A stretch of 20,000 nt of DNA from an uncultured bacterium. GTDB taxonomy: Bacteria > CAYUVA01. Made by a program: the position numbers and the translations under genes. The notes under the pieces are model-generated. The model was given only the letters and a program-made list of their open reading frames with translations, made no database searches and was not told the origin of the DNA. This document shows positions 8,519 to 15,319 of this stretch, in pieces (position 1 is the stretch's first letter; every line of letters begins with the position of its first letter). The stretch is from NCBI GenBank assembly GCA_964448115.1, contig CAYUVA010000020.1, forward strand, positions 51,226-71,225, written 5' to 3'.

Positions 8519-10099
8519 CTACTTCTTGCGAGCGGTTTGGATGCACTCTCTTTGAGGTATTATCACCGATAATCCCTCGTATTCCAACTCTTCCTTGAAT
8601 ACCTTGACATTCTCCAGGTGATGCCTTCGGTGCGGATAGATGACCCGGATATGCTTCTCATCCACGCCCAGTCCTTTGATAAGATTTATCAATCCTTGGC
8701 CGCTGGTCAAGGTTGGTTGTCCGCCGGTCATGGCTACTGTTCCGTTATCCATGATCACCAATGTCATGGGGGTATTCTCCTGTACAGCCCCGATTAGCGG
8801 AGTTATCCCGGAGTGTCCGAAGGTTGAGTCGCCGATCACCGCTGCCACATGTTTCATCCCCGCATCGGCAGCCCCCTTAGCCATGCTGACGCTAGCGCCC
8901 ATGTCAACGCAACTTGAGATTGCACTAAAAGGAGGATAAAAGCCTAGGGTATAGCAGCCTATGTCGCTGAAGGCGGTCTTTACACCAAGCTCGTTCATCG
9001 CTTCCTTGAGCGCATGGAATGCGTCTATGTGTCCGCAACCAACGCACAATTGAGGTGGCCTGGCCGGAAGCCCCTTAGGTACAGCAACAGTCGGCTTTGA
9101 TTCGATGCCCAAGGCTACCTTGACCAGGTCGGGATTCAACTCTCCAGTCAAGGGTAGATGACCGCTTAACTTGCCGATAACCTTCTTGGTTCCTAGCACA
9201 CCATTCAGATTTCGCTCAATGAATGGATATCCATCCTCGACCACCAGTATCCCCTCGACCTGGCTGGCAAACCTGCGGATAAGCTCAACCGGCAGTGGAT
9301 ACATCCCGATTTTCAGGTAAGGTGGCAGCTCATTCTCCATGACCGCCTCCCTGAAATAGTTATAGCCGACGCCGCTGGCGATAACGCCCAGCTTCCTATT
9401 CGCTGACTCTAGATGCATCATGTTCAACGGTGAATTCTCCGAGGCTTGCAGGAGACGAGGTTGCTTTTCTATCAGTATGGAGTACTGAACCCTGGCATTG
9501 GTGGGCAGCAGTGTCCACCTGGCGAAGTTCTGCGAGGGATCAAGGATATTCTGCGGCATTCTGGTTTGAGTAACCACATTCGCCCTGCTATGGGCGAGCC
9601 TGGTAACCAGTCGCACCATGACTGGCAGCTCCAGTTCCTGGGACAACTGATATGCCAGGTAGGTCATGTCATAGGCTTCCTGCTGGTTGGAAGGCTCAAA
9701 GCATGGTATCTGGGCCAAGTGAGCGTAGTACCGTGAGTCCTGCTCGTTCTGGCTGGAGTGCATGCCGGGGTCATCTGCAACTGCCAGCACCAATCCCCCT
9801 CTAGTACCGGTTATTGCTGAGTTCATGAAGGGGTCTGCTGCCACATTCAGTCCGACATGCTTCATGTTGACCAGCGCCTTTTTGCCGGCAAAGGACATGC
9901 CGAGTGCTTCCTCGTAGGCGACCTTCTCGTTTGCAGACCATTGTGCATGTATATCAAGTTTGTTTCTCTTGGCGTAAGACTCGACGAACTCGAAGATCTC
10001 GGTAGCCGGCGTACCCGGGTAAGAGAATACGCCACTCAATCCGGCATCGATCGCTCCCAGTCCAACCGCCTCGTCTCCAAGAAGTATTTCCTGTCCCAT
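8519..10099 (-). CDS. iorA: Indolepyruvate:ferredoxin oxidoreductase alpha subunit (short form, no C-terminal 2x[4Fe-4S] domain)
   Basis: YPGTPATEI, NEKVAYE, MKHVGLNVAAD, SSQNEQDSR, RPPQLCVGCGH, DIGCYTLG, IGDSTF..SG, DNGTVAMTGGQ. Confidence 0.95.
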   Translation of the reverse strand: MGQEILLGDEAVGLGAIDAGLSGVFSYPGTPATEIFEFVESYAKRNKLDIHAQWSANEKVAYEEALGMSFAGKKALVNMKHVGLNVAADPFMNSAITGTRGGLVLAVADDPGMHSSQNEQDSRYYAHLAQIPCFEPSNQQEAYDMTYLAYQLSQELELPVMVRLVTRLAHSRANVVTQTRMPQNILDPSQNFARWTLLPTNARVQYSILIEKQPRLLQASENSPLNMMHLESANRKLGVIASGVGYNYFREAVMENELPPYLKIGMYPLPVELIRRFASQVEGILVVEDGYPFIERNLNGVLGTKKVIGKLSGHLPLTGELNPDLVKVALGIESKPTVAVPKGLPARPPQLCVGCGHIDAFHALKEAMNELGVKTAFSDIGCYTLGFYPPFSAISSCVDMGASVSMAKGAADAGMKHVAAVIGDSTFGHSGITPLIGAVQENTPMTLVIMDNGTVAMTGGQPTLTSGQGLINLIKGLGVDEKHIRVIYPHRRHHLENVKVFKEELEYEGLSVIIPQRECIQTARKK

Positions 10100-10173
10100 A
10101 TCTAGTCTCGCTTGGTTAACAGATCTAGTTTAACAAAACTAAAGCATATTTTACCGTAACTTAACTCAAGGTG

Positions 10174-10202
10174 ATATTAGTAAGTGAGGTTCTATTTGTC
10201 AA
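10174..10202 (-). promoter_or_regulatory. Sigma70-like promoter for iorAB
   Basis: Minus strand TTGACA (10202-10197), 17-nt spacer, TAATAT (10179-10174), about 75 nt upstream of the iorA start. Confidence 0.65.
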
Positions 10203-10344
10203 TCGAAGTCATGTCCGAGATCTTCTGTTATCTTGTTATCCTGGAAGCAACACATATTATCCTAATTCAAGACGAAAATTTCAGATACTGTTTCCTTTGC
10301 CTTCTGCCCTAAAACTACACCTTGCTATGGGCGGTAGAAAAAGT

Positions 10345-10518
10345 CTAGTGCATCTGGACGGGAAAAAGATAATATGATATAGAGATATCTCGCTTAAAGA
10401 TGTTGTTAGATGTGCACCGATGCACTTGAGTGTCTTGGTTGAACCCAGAGACTCGCTGGACACTGAGGGATACCAAGAGAAATAACAGCACTAGCGAAGA
10501 TCTGTACCTGATTGACAT
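10345..10518 (-). other. Short 57-aa ORF with signal-peptide-like N-terminus, possible gene fragment
   Basis: MSIRYRSSLVLLFLLVSLSVQRVSG/FNQDT...: basic then hydrophobic start. ATG lies only 9 nt from the tRNA 5' end. Confidence 0.3.
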
Positions 10519-10527
10519 TTGTTGCTT

Positions 10528-10601
10528 GCGCCAGTAGCTCAACTGGATAGAGCAACGGACTTCGAATCCGTAGGTCGCAGGTTCGAATCCTGCCTGGCGT
10601 A
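10528..10601 (+). tRNA. tRNA-Arg, anticodon UCG (CCA not encoded)
   Basis: Acceptor GCGCCAG/CTGGCGT+A, D-arm GCTC..GAGC, anticodon arm ACGGA-CT-TCG-AA-TCCGT, T-arm GCAGG-TTCGAAT-CCTGC. Confidence 0.97.
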
Positions 10602-10750
10602 TGATAATCAAAAGCACCGTGTATTGGGGATCCGAGCGCCACCTAGGTTACAGGAGGGTGATAAAACATATCTATCTATATGTAAGCAGTCTCCGTATTT
10701 TTGCTCTACCGGTTACTGCATCGTTGCCCTTTTGGGAGCTTTATGACACA

Positions 10751-11446
10751 ATGAGATACATGATGATTTATTTGGCGAGCGACAGCATTGGGAAGGCGAT
10801 AATGGAGGTTATCAAGACCCGGCTGTCATCCATGGGCGTTCAAATCGAGGATCTCGGTGCGTTTGCAAGCGGACTCGAGGCACTCAGCGCCTTGGGAGCA
10901 AAACTCGCAGACTCCGATGGAGCAAAGGCTATGCTTATCGCCAAGGAGGGCTGTGGGCTTTCAATAATTGCCAATCGAGGATCTCATATCCGAGCGGTCA
11001 ATGCGAGCGAGCAAAGATATGTTGATGATGGCTGCTGCCATTATGGAGTGAATCTTGTCATCCTCGACCCTCAGTACCTGGGCATTAAGCTAATTATCGA
11101 TCTAGCTGTAGCTTTTTGTGATCTAAAAAGCTGTTTTGGTAATACGATCACCTCAAGATACTTGGCAAAGGAAGAACAAAAAGGAAGGGATGTCAATCCT
11201 TATACATCAGCTAACGCTCAGAAGCATATCGCAGAACCTTCATCATTACCCTCAAGGGAGGCTGCCTTCGAGCGGGAGATCTATCACGCTCAAAATGGAG
11301 AGCTGATCTCAGAGGTTAAAGTACGCGATTTGGCTCACAAGGGGATAAAAGAGATAAGAATCGGCAAGGTGATAATCATAACGCCAGCAGCGAAGGATCT
11401 GTTGAAGGAAAAAAATATAAAGCTTATAAAAGATAATACCGATTGA
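10751..11446 (+). CDS. Degenerate RpiB/LacA/LacB-fold protein fused to a C-terminal ITPAAKD-type module (start uncertain: 10751/10760/10763)
   Basis: IYLASDSIG...IEDLG...LIAKEGCGLSIIANR..IRAV...HYGVNLVIL follows the RpiB pattern but lacks DH and CGTG. Tail reads LISEVKVRD...IIITPAAKDLLKEKNIKL. The ORF-track start at 10601 abuts the tRNA. Confidence 0.65.
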   Translation: MRYMMIYLASDSIGKAIMEVIKTRLSSMGVQIEDLGAFASGLEALSALGAKLADSDGAKAMLIAKEGCGLSIIANRGSHIRAVNASEQRYVDDGCCHYGVNLVILDPQYLGIKLIIDLAVAFCDLKSCFGNTITSRYLAKEEQKGRDVNPYTSANAQKHIAEPSSLPSREAAFEREIYHAQNGELISEVKVRDLAHKGIKEIRIGKVIIITPAAKDLLKEKNIKLIKDNTD

Positions 11447-11462
11447 TGATGGGGATCTTATC

Positions 11463-11672
11463 ATGCGCCTCACCTGTGGACAGATCGTTGCAGAATATCT
11501 GATTCAGGCTAAGGATCCTTATATAATTGGCATTGCAGGTCACGGATGCCTGGGGCTGATCGATGCTCTTGATTGCGGCAGACCAGCGCTGTTAGAGATA
11601 CTGGTCAATAGACAGTATCCCTACAGCGGCAGCCCCGCAGTAGGCTGGTGGGATGTACCCATCCCAACTTAA
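11463..11672 (+). pseudogene. Internally deleted ThDP-dependent enzyme (acetolactate synthase/IolD superfamily): N- and C-terminal stubs fused in frame
   Basis: MRLTCGQIVAEYL...YIIGIAGHGCLGLIDAL is a typical N-terminus and GRPALLEILV a typical C-terminal strand. The product is only 69 aa; GGGGA RBS present. Confidence 0.8.
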
Positions 11673-11828
11673 GCAACTGCTATCGACAACCGCAGCGCCT
11701 ACCAGGTAAAGAATTTCTCCCCCACGATAAGGGAGGCGAACCTCCTTGGTAATGCAATAATACCCGGATATGGATCGCACTTGTTGGTTCAGCTCACAGT
11801 GAATATACTCGCGCACTGGTATTATCAA
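11673..11828 (-). pseudogene. Probable 5' half of a conserved hypothetical gene, truncated at about 11672
   Basis: TTG start overlaps the upstream TGA (TTGA). REYIHCELNQQVRSISGYYCITKEVRLPYRGGEILYLVGAAVVDSSC reads as protein-like, then runs into the antisense of the ThDP remnant. Family resemblance is from memory only. Confidence 0.45.
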
Positions 11829-13009
11829 AGCCGTATCTTGATATCGGAGACCGGGTAGCTGACGCAGGCGTGGATATAGCCACATGCCCGATCAGCCTGT
11901 CTGATTTTTGCCTGCGGTGCAATGAAAACCTGACCATCGAGGAGCTTCACCCGACAAACACTGCACTCCCCGCAGCGACAGCCAGGGTTTGCTATCAAAC
12001 CATTACGCTCCAGGGAATTGAGCAGAGGCTCCTTTGCCTTGACTGGGAATGAGCCGCCCTGAACAATGCTTACCGTAAAGGTGGTATCATCATTGATCTT
12101 TTTAGGGAAGCCGGGGACTAAGCCTATATCAGCCGGCGGTCCATATAACTCTCTTTTGATTTTATATTCAGGGACTCCCAGTTTCTCTAGCTCCGGCAGG
12201 ACATGATCATACATGGCAGCGGGACCGCAAAGATAGAACGTCTTGCCTTTAACATCCCCGATGCGCTTTTTTATAATCTCAGCGCTGATGTAGCCCTTAT
12301 TTCCCCTGTATCCATCAGGCGGTTCAGAGACCACCAGAGCATACTTGAAGGTCTTGATTCGCCGGTTCAGCAATGCCAGTTCCTTGCCGAAGATGACATC
12401 ATCCTTGAGGCGGCATCCATAGATAAGGTCGATATTCAAGTGCTGGTTAGTGGCAAGCATCCATCGTATCATGCTCATAAAAGGTGTGATTCCGCTTCCC
12501 CCGGCGATAAATACCAGGTCTTTGCCATCTATTAATGGCTCGTAATAAAAGTGTCCAAAGGGACCGCTAGCATCGACTTTGTCTCCGACCTTGAGGTTCT
12601 CAAGCAGGTATGGAGCTACGAAGCCTCCCGGATTATCTTTGATGGTAATATCGAGATAATCTACTGCTGGAGGGGATGAAATGCTATAAGCCCTGCTGGT
12701 ATGGACATCTTTTATCTGAAGGAAGATTTCTATGTACTGACCGGGACGAAATGGTGGTAATTCGGGTTGATCGATCCTTCTCAGGCGATAAGTCTTGGTT
12801 GATGCTGTTTCGATTATCACCTCGGCAACCTCAAGTATCATCCGCGATGGATGAAGTGCCTGAACCAACCGGTTACCTGCCTCGATAATTTCCTTGATCT
12901 CTACATCGCTTGTTTTGGGCTGCATAAAGGGCAAAAACCTCTTGCCGAGCGCATCTAAATGAGCGCCCATATCGTCGATAAAATATAAAATGCTTCTGAG
13001 CATGCTCAT
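11825..13009 (-). CDS. FNR-family FAD/NAD(P)-binding oxidoreductase with C-terminal [2Fe-2S] ferredoxin
   Basis: FRPGQY, RAYSISS, IAGGSGITPFMSM, YLCGP, CRCGECSVC...HAC. Confidence 0.92.
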   Translation of the reverse strand: MSMLRSILYFIDDMGAHLDALGKRFLPFMQPKTSDVEIKEIIEAGNRLVQALHPSRMILEVAEVIIETASTKTYRLRRIDQPELPPFRPGQYIEIFLQIKDVHTSRAYSISSPPAVDYLDITIKDNPGGFVAPYLLENLKVGDKVDASGPFGHFYYEPLIDGKDLVFIAGGSGITPFMSMIRWMLATNQHLNIDLIYGCRLKDDVIFGKELALLNRRIKTFKYALVVSEPPDGYRGNKGYISAEIIKKRIGDVKGKTFYLCGPAAMYDHVLPELEKLGVPEYKIKRELYGPPADIGLVPGFPKKINDDTTFTVSIVQGGSFPVKAKEPLLNSLERNGLIANPGCRCGECSVCRVKLLDGQVFIAPQAKIRQADRACGYIHACVSYPVSDIKIRL

Positions 13010-14523
13010 TCCCCCCTCTCTCCTTTCTTGTGCTTGCGTACTATATCCGATGCAGCCATTGCGCCTGACATCATGGCAGGATCATATCCTCCGCCCATTG
13101 TCCAAGCGCCGACAAAGTACAATCCCTCCAGCGGTCCACGCTGATCAAGGCGCCATGCCACATTGTCGTAAGGGTAATGGTTAAATCCGTAAATGCTCCC
13201 ACCTATGTTCCCCGTGTAGCGGATATTGGTGATCGGGGTTGCCACCTCGACCACCTCGGCATACTTGCGCAATCCAGGCAAATAGCGCTCAGCAGCGGTA
13301 ATCATCTCATCAGCGATGCGATTCCTTGTCTTCAGGTACTCGTCTGGCTTGAGCCTTAGCCATGGCTTACCGTAATAGAGGCTTGTCAAGGTCAGCATGG
13401 TAGTGCCGGGGGGCGATATTTCCGGATCGACCATGTTGTAGCAGGTTACCGAAAAGTGCCTTTGGGTTTCGAGTGTCATTGCTCTTTTGTAAGCTATTTC
13501 ATGATCCCAATCGCTGTTGATGAAAAGCTCATGATCGGTTATTCCAAGCTCCCGTGGCGATCTTGCGATGCCCAGATAAACATTGAAGCTGGAAGGCGAA
13601 ATCTTCCGTATCCTTAGATTATCAAAGAACCTTTTAGAGATCTTGTCAGCACCGATAAGTTCATTGGCTGTAGTGAGCGGTGATGTGTTCGACAGTACCC
13701 ACTTAGCCCTATACTCGGTATCGTCATCGGCGATGACGCCAGTAACCCTGCCGTTGTGGATCGTGATCTTGCTTGCTCCGCATCCGAATCTGACCGTTCC
13801 GCCCATCTTCTCGAAGACTTCTATAAAGGCGTTGGAAAGGGCTTGTGAACGCCCCTTGATGAAGGCTGCACCGTACTTCATATACGAGGCGAGCATCACG
13901 GCGAAGTAGATATAGGATGCCTTTGAGGGAGGTAAGCCGATATATCCCCAGTATTGGGTGAGCACAGCTCTTGCTCGCCGATCGGTTACATCTCGTCTGA
14001 GCACTGTTTCGAGATCAGTATGTAGATAGCGCACCAGGTTCGGTGCCTCCAGTATTGCCTTGGCTGGGTTGGAGTTTGCCATGGCATCCTGGATGCGACT
14101 AAGCTCCCTACTTAGAGCGAATATGCGATCCAGGAATCGCTTGATTCCCAAGGCAGCATGAGGGAACTTCTCGCACAAGGTCGCCTCATATCCCTCCCTT
14201 CCGACCGGGAGCGTGATATCAAGTCCCGGAAAGATAGAGCGATACATGGTTGGAATATTTATAAACTCGACCTTTTCGGCGATCCCCAGCGACTCCAGGT
14301 ATCGATAAAGGCTTCCCCTCGCCCCTGGCTTCCCGATGCTGGATAGCTCGTGAAGCGCAACCTCGAACTCGTAGCGCCGGCGCACGAAGCTAGTCGCATA
14401 TCCACCAGGGACATTGTGTCGCTCCAGTAAAAGCGTATTCAAGCCGTTTTTTGCCAAAGAGGCAGCAGCCGAAAGCCCACCAAGCCCGGCTCCAATAACT
14501 ATAACATCATAAGTCTCGCTCAT
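13006..14523 (-). CDS. Phytoene desaturase (CrtI)-family FAD-dependent oxidoreductase
   Basis: VIGAGLGGLSAA, LLERHNVPGGYATSF, ATPITNIRYT, GGSIYG, GLYFVGAWT..GGY. AAGGA RBS; ATGA overlap with the next gene. Confidence 0.88.
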   Translation of the reverse strand: MSETYDVIVIGAGLGGLSAAASLAKNGLNTLLLERHNVPGGYATSFVRRRYEFEVALHELSSIGKPGARGSLYRYLESLGIAEKVEFINIPTMYRSIFPGLDITLPVGREGYEATLCEKFPHAALGIKRFLDRIFALSRELSRIQDAMANSNPAKAILEAPNLVRYLHTDLETVLRRDVTDRRARAVLTQYWGYIGLPPSKASYIYFAVMLASYMKYGAAFIKGRSQALSNAFIEVFEKMGGTVRFGCGASKITIHNGRVTGVIADDDTEYRAKWVLSNTSPLTTANELIGADKISKRFFDNLRIRKISPSSFNVYLGIARSPRELGITDHELFINSDWDHEIAYKRAMTLETQRHFSVTCYNMVDPEISPPGTTMLTLTSLYYGKPWLRLKPDEYLKTRNRIADEMITAAERYLPGLRKYAEVVEVATPITNIRYTGNIGGSIYGFNHYPYDNVAWRLDQRGPLEGLYFVGAWTMGGGYDPAMMSGAMAASDIVRKHKKGERGE

Positions 14524-14665
14524 AAGATCCCTTTCTTTTAAGATTAAGAAACTACAAATAAGTTTATGTTAAAAAACAGTACAATTCCCTCTACTGAGGG
14601 CTTCAGCTTCTCTTTTTGCATATAAAAGTGCACCGCCCAGATAAAATGATGGAATCTTTGATGGG

Positions 14666-15319
14666 TCAATATCTCCTGCCGACACCAATGAATATTCCGT
14701 TTCCGCCGATATCTACATCACCTCCGCCAGCACCTGCTTCCTCGCCTTTAGCGCTGACCGAGCTGTAGCGATATAAAAATTCTGCGAAGAAGAATCGGGT
14801 AAAGAACCAGGATGCTCCAACTTGCACCCCGAATCCGAGGTCGCTACCAGAACTGCCCGGCTCCCAACCGGAAACATCCTCGGACCATTTTTGATAGATA
14901 AGATCGCCTCCAGCAGTAATACTAAGACTCTTTGAAAAATTATAAACATATCTTAATCCGGCTGATAGGGGATATGTGGAAAACTTGACCTCCTTTGATG
15001 GTATCTCTACGCCCTCGACTGGTTCGGTAACCACGGTTTCCCCTTTTACAGACAGGTAATGAAATCTAAGATCGATCTGGAGGTTCTTTGAGGGATTGTA
15101 CTGGAAAGCAAAGCCGGGGCTGAATCCACCGCTGCCGAATATCTCGGAGAATCCCTCATCAGAGGGCATGAAATAACCTGCCTTGAAGCTGAAGGCGTAG
15201 TTGAAAAAATCCCCCTCGAAATTATAGGCGAAAAGACCAAGGGGCAAGGAGAGCAAGGCTACGATGATGAGAGACAGCCCAAGAGAGTCGAATCTATAAT
15301 CCCTTTTGAAAAACATCAT
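14666..15319 (-). CDS. Outer-membrane beta-barrel protein (OmpA-like, about 8 strands)
   Basis: Signal peptide, alternating aromatic/hydrophobic strands (GFAFQY, AGLRYVYNF, GVQVGASWFF, AEFLYRY) and terminal GIFIGVGRRY. Overlaps the upstream stop. Confidence 0.78.
   Translation of the reverse strand: MMFFKRDYRFDSLGLSLIIVALLSLPLGLFAYNFEGDFFNYAFSFKAGYFMPSDEGFSEIFGSGGFSPGFAFQYNPSKNLQIDLRFHYLSVKGETVVTEPVEGVEIPSKEVKFSTYPLSAGLRYVYNFSKSLSITAGGDLIYQKWSEDVSGWEPGSSGSDLGFGVQVGASWFFTRFFFAEFLYRYSSVSAKGEEAGAGGGDVDIGGNGIFIGVGRRY

Noticed and set aside
10114..10134. Imperfect palindrome GTTAAC-AGATCT-AGTTTAAC in the iorA leader
   Set aside because: Needs bulges and lies in AT-rich DNA; not distinguishable from chance.
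10512..10517. Perfect TTGACA upstream of the tRNA
   Set aside because: The matching -10 would fall inside the tRNA, so it cannot drive the tRNA.
10406..10746. ORFs overlapping the tRNA (10406-10642, 10519-10746, 5' parts of 10345-10617 and 10601-11446)
   Set aside because: Shadow translations of the tRNA and its flanks.
11722..11735. GGAGG-CGAA-CCTCC hairpin as a terminator
   Set aside because: Short stem, no U-tract, and inside the probable minus-strand remnant coding frame.
14594..14617. CTGA-GGGCT-TCAG hairpin near a T-run
   Set aside because: The stem is weak and the T-run is on the wrong strand for the minus-strand genes.
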